Shown: positions 38,355-47,672, numbered from the stretch's first letter. The stretch: 64,000 nt of DNA from an uncultured Gemmataceae bacterium (GCA_963750165.1 CAVVPN010000003.1:2016001-2080000), one strand, 5' to 3'. Numbers and translations: made by a program. The notes: a model not told the origin generated them from the letters alone.

Positions 38355-39848
38355 TTGTTGCTTTTTTCTTCAAAGCAACACAAGAATAAAAGCGTGAAAC
38401 GGACCCCCCAGGCAGTCCCGGCGGAGCCAGCCCAACTCCCCCGCGAACACAACCAGGGCAGAGACGAACTCAACCTGGCGGAGTTCCCGCTCGCCGCCCT
38501 GTCGAATCGGGTCTCACCCGCGAAGAAGACGCTTGTCTTTCAGGACCGAATCCGGGACCGGGGCAATGGAGAGTTCATTACGAGGCGTCTCATCATCACG
38601 GCCTCGGACAGGTACGGACTACCCACCGCGATCGATGATGACATCATCGTGGGCCTCATTCAGCTGACGAAAGCCAACAACAATTTCACCGACCGAGTTG
38701 TCTCATTTAGCCGGTACGCGCTCGTCGAGCTTCTCGGCTGGCCCGACAGTGGTCAGAGTTACCGGCGCATCGAGGAGTCGCTGAAACGCTGGCTGGGAGT
38801 CACGTTGACCTATGAAAGGGCCTGGTGGGACAAGGAGAGCCAGAGTTGGATCGACGAGCACTTTCACATCCTCGACAACGTCACCCTCGTGAATCGCGAA
38901 GCCCGCCGAAGGAAGGCGGCATGCCGTCAACGGGAGCTGCCCCTTTCTTCGTTCTCTTGGAACAGCGTCGTCTTTCGGAGCTTTCAGGCGGAGAATCTGA
39001 AGCGCCTCGACCTGAATCTCTATTTCCAGCTTCGCCTCGCTCCCGCCAAGCGTGCCTTTCGCTTCCTCGACAAGCGCTTCTATCGTCGCAACCGCCTGGA
39101 GTTTGATTTGCGCAATTTTGCCTGCGAGCACGTGGGGCTCAGTCGCAAATATGACGTCGGGAAGATCAAGGAAAAGCTCCAACCCTCCCTCGAAGAACTC
39201 GAGAAGGCAAACTTCATCGAGCCCCTCCGGCGGGATGAGCGCTACGTGAAGGTGGGCGCCGGTGTCTGGCGGATCATCTTCGTAAGGAAGACCTGGGAGA
39301 GCCCGCCCCGCCCTACGAGGACCGCGAGCAGGGCACACGAGGAGGAACTCATCGCTCGCGGCGTGACGCCTGCTACCGCCGTAAAGCTGGTGGCGACCTA
39401 TCCGGCGGAGCGGATCGGCTCGAAAATCGAGGTTCATGACTGGCTCCGCGCGAACAATGAGCAGCGCCTCTCGAAGAATCCGGCGGGCTACCTCGTGCAT
39501 TCGATCCGGAATGACTATGCCCCGCCCGCGGGTTTCGCTTCGAGGGCCGACCGCGAGAAGACGACCCGGGCGAGGCACAGCAAGCGGTCACAGGTTGCCG
39601 ATCGATTGGCCCGACACAAGGCGGAGGCCGACGCTCGGCTCGATGCGCAAAAGGACCCGATTCTCCGCTATTGGAACTCTCTCAGCCCGGTGGAACAGGA
39701 GCGGCTGCGAGACGCCGCTCTCGCCGATGCTGACTCGTGGCTTCTCGAGCGGTACGAGGGCGCGAAACCTCACCTCGCGAAACACTTCCTGCAAATCATC
39801 ATCGACCGGTACATCGAGAAGCGGGCCCTCGCCCTTTCCGCAGAGTGA
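38355..39848 (+). CDS. repA: Plasmid replication initiator protein (RPA-type)
   Basis: GRDELNLAEFPLAALS...GLPTAIDD...FSRYALVELLGW...Y.RIEESLKR...RFLDKRF; iterons upstream, parA downstream. Confidence 0.85.
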   Translation: MLLFSSKQHKNKSVKRTPQAVPAEPAQLPREHNQGRDELNLAEFPLAALSNRVSPAKKTLVFQDRIRDRGNGEFITRRLIITASDRYGLPTAIDDDIIVGLIQLTKANNNFTDRVVSFSRYALVELLGWPDSGQSYRRIEESLKRWLGVTLTYERAWWDKESQSWIDEHFHILDNVTLVNREARRRKAACRQRELPLSSFSWNSVVFRSFQAENLKRLDLNLYFQLRLAPAKRAFRFLDKRFYRRNRLEFDLRNFACEHVGLSRKYDVGKIKEKLQPSLEELEKANFIEPLRRDERYVKVGAGVWRIIFVRKTWESPPRPTRTASRAHEEELIARGVTPATAVKLVATYPAERIGSKIEVHDWLRANNEQRLSKNPAGYLVHSIRNDYAPPAGFASRADREKTTRARHSKRSQVADRLARHKAEADARLDAQKDPILRYWNSLSPVEQERLRDAALADADSWLLERYEGAKPHLAKHFLQIIIDRYIEKRALALSAE

Positions 39849-40145
39849 GTGCGCCGCAGTCACCGATGCCTTCTTGTCGGAACTGCGAGACGCCGCCACG
39901 CGCTTTCATCACGACCCTGACGGACATCCCCAATATTTCCCGTGCATTGATGACTCTCCGGCACGCCCGCGGGCGGGCCCGCCGGCAGTCTCGCTCGCCG
40001 GCGGGCGGGCGGTCCCGCAGTCCCGACTGCTCGAAAAGGTATTCTCCACTGAGTTAGGGGCTTGTCGCAATGGCCCCAGGCGCGCTACATCAGGAGGGCA
40101 GGGATCCGGGCACGCCGGAATGCCCGCCGGCATGGAGGCAGGATT

Positions 40146-41024
40146 ATGACTACCAGCAGACTCGGCGCGCTCATCGCCGTCGGCAATCAGAAGGGAGGTG
40201 TCGGCAAGACGACCAATACGGTGCATCTCGCCGCGGCACTCGGGGAAAAGGGTTACGCCGTCCTCATCATCGACCTGGACCCGGGCGCTGGAGCAACGAA
40301 GCACCTCGGCATTCCCGTCCAGAGTTTTGCCGGCACGCTCGAACTGCTGACGACCAGCGAGACGCCACAGACCCTGGCCATCACAGAAGGGATGCCGAGA
40401 GGCGTTCATCTCATCCCGTCCAGGACGCAGCTATCGGAACTCGAGACGCTGCTCTCGAAATTTGTCGATCGGACGAGGATCCTCGACCGCCCGGCCGACC
40501 TGGCTCGGCCGCACTACGACTTCATTTTCCTCGACACTCCGCCCTGGGCGGGAGCGACGACTACGGTTGCGGCCTATGCAGTTGCGGACTGGTTTCTCCT
40601 TTCCGCGTTCCCGCACCCGTTGTCGATCGCGGGCCTCAACGAGGCCTTGAAGGACATCGCAGACGTCCGCATCCAGAGGAACCCCGGCCTCGAGGTTCTT
40701 GGGGTCATTCTCACTTGCGTCGATACCCGGACGAATCTCGCCCGGGACGTTGAGGATCTCGTTACGCGGGAATTGCCGGGGCGGGCGTTTCGGACGATCA
40801 TCACCCAAGCGAACGCTCTGCCCGTACTTTCCGGCAGGGGGAAGACACTGTTCGACAGCAAGGTCTATTCGACCCACAAGGTTACCGAACAGTACCGTAG
40901 CCTGGCAGCGGAGGTCGAGGAGCGGGCGGTGAATCGACAACCCTTCCTCCTTCGCGGAAGGGAGGAACCCGAATCCACTGTGAATGAGGGTGCGGAGCCG
41001 AACCGGGCAATTCTGAACGGATAG
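40146..41024 (+). CDS. parA: ParA-family ATPase
   Basis: NQKGGVGKTT deviant Walker A; IDLDP; YDFIFLDTPP. Confidence 0.95.
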   Translation: MTTSRLGALIAVGNQKGGVGKTTNTVHLAAALGEKGYAVLIIDLDPGAGATKHLGIPVQSFAGTLELLTTSETPQTLAITEGMPRGVHLIPSRTQLSELETLLSKFVDRTRILDRPADLARPHYDFIFLDTPPWAGATTTVAAYAVADWFLLSAFPHPLSIAGLNEALKDIADVRIQRNPGLEVLGVILTCVDTRTNLARDVEDLVTRELPGRAFRTIITQANALPVLSGRGKTLFDSKVYSTHKVTEQYRSLAAEVEERAVNRQPFLLRGREEPESTVNEGAEPNRAILNG

Positions 41025-41031
41025 AGGGATC

Positions 41032-41457
41032 GTGGCGAAACCATTGACGAGCGCAGTGCCATCGAGCGCGGTTGCCCGACTCCTCGAGCCGGGGGTGGCC
41101 CGAGCGGCCCTTGTGGAGACGCACCCTGTCACTCCACCGGTCGTCGAGAAGACGGGAGAGACACCGGAGATCAAGCGAGAGTTCATCCTGACCCAGACGA
41201 CCGACGACGCGCTGGGGCACCTCACCATTCTCTATTCCAAGGCGACCGGGACGAACGTCACGAACAGTCATCTCCTCCGGGCTCTCCTCAAGGCGCTCGT
41301 GCACGCTATGCCGGAACTCGAGAGGCAGGCTTGGCAGATAGGCAAGCTCAGGCGGCCGAGCAACGCCCGGGGTAGGGAGGCCGAGCGCGAGGAATACGAG
41401 AGGCGCATCGCGGCATCCCTGCTTGCCGGCATGCGGGCAGGCCTGCCGTTGGACTAG
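41032..41457 (+). CDS. Putative ParA partner (type Ib-like DNA-binding protein)
   Basis: Small ORF 7 nt downstream of parA; no ParB motifs. Confidence 0.6.
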   Translation: MAKPLTSAVPSSAVARLLEPGVARAALVETHPVTPPVVEKTGETPEIKREFILTQTTDDALGHLTILYSKATGTNVTNSHLLRALLKALVHAMPELERQAWQIGKLRRPSNARGREAEREEYERRIAASLLAGMRAGLPLD

Positions 41458-41849
41458 AGGCGGGGCGGGAAAACCTCGACGCATGCCTTGAGGTGTTTGC
41501 AAGAGTTTCCGATGCCACGCGACCGTATCTGTTTACAGGTCGAGGGTGACAAAGGTACAGAGCGGGACCGAGGGCTGAAGGTGCCTCCCAGCTAGTTCGG
41601 TCGATCAGACCGCAGCAGATTGGCGGAAGAGCGGTTCGTGCTGAGGTGGGGCGGACCGACGCACGCAAGCTCGAGCGCTGTTACCAGGGCCCCCCCCACC
41701 CACGCTGGTCGCCGGCGATGACGTTGCTAACCGGCTGGCACTGCGACGATCGACGGCCAGCCGCCGCGGTGGTGGGCCACCACGTCAACCGTTGTGAGCG
41801 GCCAGGAGTGGGACGCTGGTGTCTGCGGCGCGAAGGAGACGGAGGGCAG

Positions 41850-42028
41850 TCGCTCGCGTGGAGGACTTCGTGGATGATGGTGTCGAGGGTGGCCTGCGGG
41901 CTGAGCTGGTCGCGGATCCGGATCTCCTTGCCCCGCCGCGACGGCTCATCGCACTCCCCCTGCGTGCCGCGGGACAGCTCGCGGGTGAAGCGGAAGCGGT
42001 AGCGTCTGCCCAGAATGGTGACGTGCAC
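41850..42028 (-). pseudogene. HExxH metallopeptidase-like fragment
   Basis: VTILGRRYRFRF...GEC...IRI...TLDTIIHEVLHA, then degenerates. Confidence 0.5.
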
Positions 42029-42109
42029 GGATGAGTTCCATTAGCGTCCGTGACGAGTTTCCCACAGGGCTGTTGATCTGGCTACGGGGGCCGTGGCAGG
42101 GGCTGGCAC

Positions 42110-42926
42110 CTAACTGGGCTTGGCCGAGTTCAAGCTGTCGGCCAGGGTCCAACCACGCTTCGTCAGCGCGAACGATTCGCCCGTGTCCCCGCGCGGTTCG
42201 AGAAGGCGGCGGCTGACCAAGTCGTTGACGGCCTCGCGGTAGGCCGCCTCAAGGCGGGCGTCATTGCCGTCCACGAGCTGCATCCCGTGCGCGGCGAGGT
42301 CGAAGCCGTGCATGCTCTTGGTCATGGACAGGGTGCCGCGCGGGTCCTTGCCGGTTTCCGCGAGGATGTGCTTCGCCTCGTCGGAGAGGTCGGGTTCGTC
42401 CGGCGGGGCTGGCTTGTCCGGCGGGTCCGGCGTCGTCACCAGTGTCACCACCTTGCCGAGCTTCCTCTGGAGCGACGGCCAAGACCGGTCGAACGCCTTA
42501 CGCAGGAGCCCCTCGTCGTGAGGGGAGCTCAGCCGACCGTTGATGGTCCGGATGAGCCGCCAGGTGTCGTCCTTCTCGAAGACGGTTGCCTGATACTGCC
42601 CGAGCGGAGTGCCGGAAAGGCTCGACGGCTTGACCTCAACCAGGTACGGGCAGATGAGCGAACCCCGCATCGCGTGGGCGATCGCGCCGGCTTCGTAGTA
42701 GAGCCACGACGACTCGATGTTCTCGGGCGTGACGCAGATGAGACACGCGCCGCTGCGCGAGCTGGTCGGAGATCGCGTTGAACCAGGACGTCCCCTTGGT
42801 GATGTCCTCGCTCGACATCCAGGGCTTGACGCCGGGCAGGGCGTCGGGCAGCCACTCGCTGAACGCCTCGGCGGCCTGGCGACTGCCGGGGCGGGACCAG
42901 CTCACAAAGATTTCAAAGTCGGCCAC
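42110..42926 (-). CDS. TIR-domain protein with C-terminal wHTH-like region (frameshift near 42750)
   Basis: IFVSWS...SRQAAEA...WMSSEDITKGTSW | CLICVTPENIESSWLYYEAGA (catalytic Glu motif); AAGGAG RBS. Confidence 0.8.
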
Positions 42927-43312
42927 GGACGATCTCCTTCTGCTTGGCGGGGCCTTTTTGCGCGGGGCTCGCTGCCGACGAGGACGACCTCATTCGCCTC
43001 GGTCCGCAGGCCCTCCTTCTCGCAAATCGCCCTGAGCTTCTCCTTGTGCTCCGGCGACGTCCCCTCGCCGAGGAGGACAATCGTGAGCGCCTGGAGGATC
43101 TTGTCGACGTCGTCTTCGGAGTTCCAGTCGATGGTGCTCAGATACCGCTGGGTCAGCTTCTGTCGGTCGCCGCCGGACCTGGCCGCGGCCTCGGGCCCGA
43201 GCTCGATGCCGGCACCCTGGAACATGTCGTCGATCTGCTGGAGCTTCAGCCCTTCCCAGCCGCTGCAGAACTTCCGGAGGTCGATCTGAAAAGTAGGCGA
43301 CAGCAGAGGCAC
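42902..43312 (-). CDS. Protein resembling the N-terminal domain of AbiJ/abortive-infection proteins
   Basis: QIDDMFQGAGI...SGGDRQKLTQRYLSTIDW..EDDVDKIL; overlaps the TIR start; resemblance by eye. Confidence 0.5.
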   Translation of the reverse strand: MPLLSPTFQIDLRKFCSGWEGLKLQQIDDMFQGAGIELGPEAAARSGGDRQKLTQRYLSTIDWNSEDDVDKILQALTIVLLGEGTSPEHKEKLRAICEKEGLRTEANEVVLVGSEPRAKRPRQAEGDRPWPTLKSL

Positions 43313-43449
43313 GGCTTGTTCCCTCGGGGAGCCGGGGCTCGCCTCCGGCCCATCTGGTCTGTCGGTTCTTCCATCGCTGATGAGATTCTGACGGCGAATC
43401 GGTCCGCCGGCCGGTTAGCTGAACCGGCCCAGGCGGCACGTCGGATGGG

Positions 43450-44397
43450 TCACCACCCATACTTCTCGCGATGGTCCCGGTCGATCTCGTCCTCCTCCTC
43501 TTCCTCCTCGTCCTCTGGGAGGACGTCGCCCTCGTCCATCGTGAGCAGGACGGCGAGCGTGCCCATGACGGGCACGGGCAGGAACGCCTGCGTCACCTCG
43601 ACGTCGTGGAGATCCTCGCCCCGGTCGAACGTCTGGAACCAGTGGCGCAGCAGGCCGTCTTCCTGGTGTCGGCCGTCGTCGCCTCGTTCAAATGCGGCCC
43701 AGCGGGCCTGCGCCACCGGCGACTCGATGTCCTTCTTGCCGGGATAAATCTTCGCCGCGATCAGCGAGTTCGACGGGAACAGCCAGGCGATGCGGCCCTC
43801 GCGCAGGCCGGCGAGAGCACAGGGCTGGTCGGAAAGGCGGACGCCGCGGCGAGCCGTGCAGAGAAGTGACGCCTGGAACTCGGCGGCAACCTTATCGATC
43901 GTCGCGAGCGTCAACTCGCCGTTGTTCAGCGACCGGTCGACGAGGTGAGTCGGGAGCAGGAGGCTCGCCGCGAAAGCGTCGGCCTCCCGCTCCTTCTGCG
44001 ACGCGTTCTTGAACTCGCCGCTCGACTCGTGGGGCGGCTCGCCGTTCACGAGGTCTTCGTGGTGGCGTTCGAGAAAATAATGACCGAGCTCGTGGCAGAC
44101 CGAGAACCGGGTCCGCGGGTGGTGCTCGCCCTCCGGCATCACGCGGTCGTACTTCGTGTTGTAGTACAGGAGGAACCGCTTCTTCGTCGGCTCATACTCG
44201 AGCTTCCCGTCGTACCGGTCGCCGAGGTCGTCGCCGCCGGTGCGCAGGAACGCTCGCTCCGTCTCTGCGACGGCGAGGGGGTCGATGCGGCCGGTCAGCT
44301 TCAGGCGCTTGACCAGCGCGTCGGCCTCCGCTCCAGCGCGGGCCTGGCACTCCTCGTCGGCCTGCCACTCAAGTTTCGTCTTCCTCGGGCTCGTCAT
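43450..44397 (-). CDS. ImmA/IrrE (CapP-like) zinc metalloprotease
   Basis: RTRFSVCHELGHY, EREADAFAASLLLP, FQASL, extended C-terminal region. Confidence 0.92.
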   Translation of the reverse strand: MTSPRKTKLEWQADEECQARAGAEADALVKRLKLTGRIDPLAVAETERAFLRTGGDDLGDRYDGKLEYEPTKKRFLLYYNTKYDRVMPEGEHHPRTRFSVCHELGHYFLERHHEDLVNGEPPHESSGEFKNASQKEREADAFAASLLLPTHLVDRSLNNGELTLATIDKVAAEFQASLLCTARRGVRLSDQPCALAGLREGRIAWLFPSNSLIAAKIYPGKKDIESPVAQARWAAFERGDDGRHQEDGLLRHWFQTFDRGEDLHDVEVTQAFLPVPVMGTLAVLLTMDEGDVLPEDEEEEEEDEIDRDHREKYGW

Positions 44398-44728
44398 CGC
44401 TCAGCATCTTTCTCTTCAGGTCGTCTTCCTTCTTGTCAGTCTCGGGGGTCTTCTCGCCCTCGTTGCGATGGATCTGATACCTGCCTCGGGCGGCCTCGTC
44501 GACAACCTCGTCGCCGTCCCACTCGCCGTCCTGGTCTGGGGTCCACTCTTCGTCCCCGCTAGACGTCGCCGAATCGACAATTTCTTTGATGCGTTCCTCC
44601 GAGATCTTCACCTCGGGGGCGTCGCGGTACGCCGCCGCGGCCTCCTCCGGGGTGAGCGGGCAGAAACCCTGCTTCTTGCGCAGCTTGGGGGCCAGGTCTT
44701 CCCACAGCTTGTCGGCGTCGGAACTCAT
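44369..44728 (-). CDS. Acidic small protein, putative anti-sigma factor / protease substrate
   Basis: ATGA overlap with the sigma stop codon and 29-nt overlap with the protease; function inferred from position. Confidence 0.6.
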   Translation of the reverse strand: MSSDADKLWEDLAPKLRKKQGFCPLTPEEAAAAYRDAPEVKISEERIKEIVDSATSSGDEEWTPDQDGEWDGDEVVDEAARGRYQIHRNEGEKTPETDKKEDDLKRKMLSDDEPEEDET

Positions 44729-45353
44729 TTGCTCCCTTTCGTGCTGTCCTTGCGGGCTTCGCGCTCCAGAATCCTACTCCTGATTTTTTCTCTGACCTTG
44801 CTCCTTGTCGCGTAGACCGTGTTCAGGCTCTTGCTGTTCTCGGTGGCGAGGCGGTGGGAGTCAGCGGTGCCGCCGACGGCAAGGTCTGCCCGGGCCACGA
44901 TCTGCTCGAAGCCCGTCAGTTCGTTTTCGATGATGTCTTCCATCATTTCGACCCGGGTCATCTCCGCGGACCCGCACTCCGGGGGGTCGTCTTCGCAATG
45001 GTCCGCGGGGTCGTGCTCCGGGTCGAACTCCAGTTCCTTGGCGACGTGCTTCTTCTCCCCGCGGATGATGCTCAGGGCGGCCCGCTGGACGATCCTGATG
45101 AGCCAGCTCCCGAAGTCCCCTTCCGACGGCTTGAAGCGGTCCGCGAATCGCCAGACGTTGTGGAACGCGTCGGTGACAGCCTGGTCCATCTCGGGCTCGC
45201 GCAGGCGCCACGGAACTGGGTCATGAGGTAGCCCATCGCCCTGGGCGTACACCTCCTGACCAGCAGCGTCAGAGCGTCCTTGTCCCGGTCTTCCGCAATG
45301 CGGCGCACCAGGTCAACGTCGATGTCCTCGTCCGGCGGCGTCTCTGTCGCCAT
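44725..45353 (-). CDS. ECF-type sigma factor (1-nt frameshift near 45205)
   Basis: DVDLVRRIA..D.DALTLL | DQAVTDAFHNVWRFADRF....GDFGSWLIRI (region 2); SLNTVYATRSKVREKIR (region 4). Confidence 0.8.
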
Positions 45354-45375
45354 TGAAACCTCCCGCCTCCTGAAC

Positions 45376-45540
45376 GAATACGCACCATCCTTAACCGCGA
45401 CCTTACCGGAACAACACGTCGTTCTGGTTAAGGTTCCAGCGTAATCGATGGCGGGCGGGAAGTCACTGCGACTCGGCCCCGAAAAAAAGCGCCGGGCCGG
45501 TTAAGGCCGGTTAAGGCCCCCCTTAATCCAGGGTGAGGGC
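45376..45540. promoter_or_regulatory. Divergent promoter region with repeated GGTTAAGG-N7/8-TA(A/T)TC motifs
   Basis: Minus 45396-45376; plus 45426-45446 and 45509-45528; extra GGTTAAGG at 45499. Confidence 0.6.
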
Positions 45541-45620
45541 GGGAAGTGCCGCCCGACGGTAAGCCCCGAACGCGGGGCAGGCTCTAGCCGTCGCCGGAAC
45601 AGGCGACAGGAAGGGGTTTT

Positions 45621-45902
45621 ATGTCCACCACCGCTGAAGAGGCCCGTGCGGGCCACGACCAGCACGGGCACCACGCCGACCGCTGCCACACGGTTGACAT
45701 CCACGTCAACAACCACAAGGTCGTCCTCCAGCCGGGCAAGTACGACGTGCCCACCTTCAAGAAGGTCGCCGGCGTGCCGCAGGCCGACGACCTGGAAGAG
45801 CTGGTGAACTGCAAGCTCCGGCCGGTCGCCGAGGACGCGACCATCCACATCCAGGGCTGCGAGGTGTTCATCTCCCACGTCAAGGACGGCGGTGCCTCCT
45901 GA
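45621..45902 (+). CDS. Ubiquitin-like (multi-ubiquitin family) protein
   Basis: VDIHVNNHKV...KKVAGVP...L...IHIQGCEVFISH beta-grasp pattern; ends GG-AS. Confidence 0.8.
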   Translation: MSTTAEEARAGHDQHGHHADRCHTVDIHVNNHKVVLQPGKYDVPTFKKVAGVPQADDLEELVNCKLRPVAEDATIHIQGCEVFISHVKDGGAS

Positions 45903-45910
45903 GCTTTGAG

Positions 45911-46264
45911 GTGACCGCCATGTCGTACCCCGAGGATCAGGTGGCGGAGCTGAAGCTGCTCTGCCCCGGCGTTTGCGAGGTCAAGGAGGCAGGCTGCATC
46001 CTCTACTTTCTTCCGGGGCTGATCCTCCCGGACGGGTGCAACCCGGTGCGCACGGACGCGCTCCTCTGCCCGAGCGCCCGCGACGGCTACGCGTCGCGGC
46101 TGTTCTTCGCGGAAAGGGTGGAGTCGAAGGCCGCGGCTGTGCCCAACTGGAACGCGAACGGTGTCCGCATCGCCGAGCGGAACTGGCACGCCTACAGCTG
46201 GAAGACGAACCCCAACCTGCGGCTCGCGCAGATGGTCGCGGCCCACTTGAGGGCCCTCCGATGA
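45911..46264 (+). CDS. Prokaryotic E2-like protein
   Basis: LILPDG...DALLCP..RDGY.SRLFF...NWN...WHAYSW; position between Ubl and JAB genes. Confidence 0.7.
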   Translation: MTAMSYPEDQVAELKLLCPGVCEVKEAGCILYFLPGLILPDGCNPVRTDALLCPSARDGYASRLFFAERVESKAAAVPNWNANGVRIAERNWHAYSWKTNPNLRLAQMVAAHLRALR

Positions 46265-46770
46265 CAGTCAAGGTGCGCATCCCGCGCAAGCTGCTCGACA
46301 ACGTGCGGGCCGACCTGTCGCGCCCGCACGCTTTTGCCGCCGAGCGAATCGGCTTCCTGTTCGGCCGGCTCGCCGCCGCCGACCAGGCCCTCGTGCTGCT
46401 GACCGGCTACGAGCCGGTGGCAGACGACCGCTACATCAACGACCCCTGGTCGGGTGCGCGCATCGACAGCACCGCCATCCGCGGCGCGATGCAGAGCGTC
46501 CTGGACCGGGGCGAGGGCGGCTTCCACGTACACTTGCACCACTGGCCCGGCCGCCCCGTGCTGAGCCGGATGGACGCCAAGGAGATACCCCCGGTCGTGA
46601 CGGGCCTGCGCCGCGTCGGCCTGGCCCAGGCGCACGGCATCGTGCTGCTCCACGAAGTGGAATGCGCGGCCTGGGTCTGGTTGCCCGGCAAGGAGGAAGC
46701 CGTCGAGGCGGAGTCGGTCTCCGTCGTCGGGTTCCCCCTCTCAATCTTCGGAGGAACGAGCCGTGAGTGA
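46261..46770 (+). CDS. JAB/JAMM metallopeptidase
   Basis: AERIGF...HVHLH-x8-S-x2-D; ATGA overlap with the E2 gene. Confidence 0.8.
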   Translation: MTVKVRIPRKLLDNVRADLSRPHAFAAERIGFLFGRLAAADQALVLLTGYEPVADDRYINDPWSGARIDSTAIRGAMQSVLDRGEGGFHVHLHHWPGRPVLSRMDAKEIPPVVTGLRRVGLAQAHGIVLLHEVECAAWVWLPGKEEAVEAESVSVVGFPLSIFGGTSRE

Positions 46771-47572
46771 CGATCGATTCTCGAGACAGTCCTTCCTCGG
46801 CGAACACAGCCAGGCCGCCATCGAGCGCGCCGTCGTCGGCGTCGTCGGCCTCGGCGGCGGCGGCGGCCACGTCGTGCAGCAGCTCGCCCACATCGGCTTC
46901 ATGAACTATCGCTTGTTCGACCGCGACCACGCGGAGGAGTCGAACCTGAACCGTCTGGTCATCGCCACGGAGGCGGATGCGACGGCGGAGACGCTGAAGG
47001 TGGAGTTGGCGAAGCGCAGGATCTTGTCCGTGCGCAGCGCCGCCAAGGTCGAGACGTTCCCCTGCCGCTGGCAGGATCGGCCCGAGCATCTGCGCGGCTG
47101 CGACGTCGTCTTCGGCTGCGTAGACGGGTTCGCCGAGCGGCGCGAGCTCGAGGTCGCCTGCCGCCGGCACCTGGTGCCGCTCATCGACATCGGCATGGAC
47201 GTCCACGTCGTCGGCGACGAACCGCCGCGGATGGGCGGCCAGGTGATCCTGTCGATGCCCGGCTTCCCCTGCATGACGTGCCTCGGCTTCCTGAGCGAGG
47301 CGAGCCTGGCGCGCGAGGCCGGCCGGTACGGCGACGCCGGCCCGCGGCCCCAGGTCGTGTGGCCGAACGGGGCGCTGGCATCGACGGCGGTCGGGATCGC
47401 CGTCGATCTCGTGACCGACTGGACGCGCAGGATGCGCGGCGCGGTGTACCTGATGTACGACGGCAACACCGGCACCATCACGCCGCACCCGCGGCTTGTC
47501 CACCACGACGGCTCGCCCTGCCCCCACTTCCCGCCGGACCAGGTCGGCGCGCCGGTCTTCAAGAAACTGTGA
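46763..47572 (+). CDS. ThiF/E1-family adenylyltransferase
   Basis: RFSRQ, VVGLGGGG, D.D....SNLNR, KVE, GCVD...R, PCMTC. Confidence 0.93.
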   Translation: MSDDRFSRQSFLGEHSQAAIERAVVGVVGLGGGGGHVVQQLAHIGFMNYRLFDRDHAEESNLNRLVIATEADATAETLKVELAKRRILSVRSAAKVETFPCRWQDRPEHLRGCDVVFGCVDGFAERRELEVACRRHLVPLIDIGMDVHVVGDEPPRMGGQVILSMPGFPCMTCLGFLSEASLAREAGRYGDAGPRPQVVWPNGALASTAVGIAVDLVTDWTRRMRGAVYLMYDGNTGTITPHPRLVHHDGSPCPHFPPDQVGAPVFKKL

Positions 47573-47585
47573 CGGTCGGTTTTTT

Positions 47586-47622
47586 CCGGTTAAGGCCCGC
47601 GTGTAATCAGGGTGAAGGGCGG
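47586..47622 (+). promoter_or_regulatory. Further copy of the promoter-like motif, upstream of DUF1883
   Basis: CCGGTTAAGGCCC-GCGTG-TAATCAGGGTGAAGGGCGG versus CCGGTTAAGGCCC-CCCT-TAATCCAGGGTGAGGGCGG at 45507. Confidence 0.65.
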
Positions 47623-47672
47623 CCGAAGGCGCGCCGCCCGCCCTGTTTCTCGGTTCAGTGGGGGGCTTCATC

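Noticed and set aside
42902..42960. Abi-NTD-like and TIR ORFs as one frameshifted fusion gene
   Set aside because: The TIR ORF has its own AAGGAG RBS before GTG 42926; two genes is the simpler reading.
45621..47572. Thiamine/molybdopterin sulfur-transfer operon or CBASS cap2/cap3
   Set aside because: E2 and JAB are present with no thi/moa genes, and no CD-NTase was seen.
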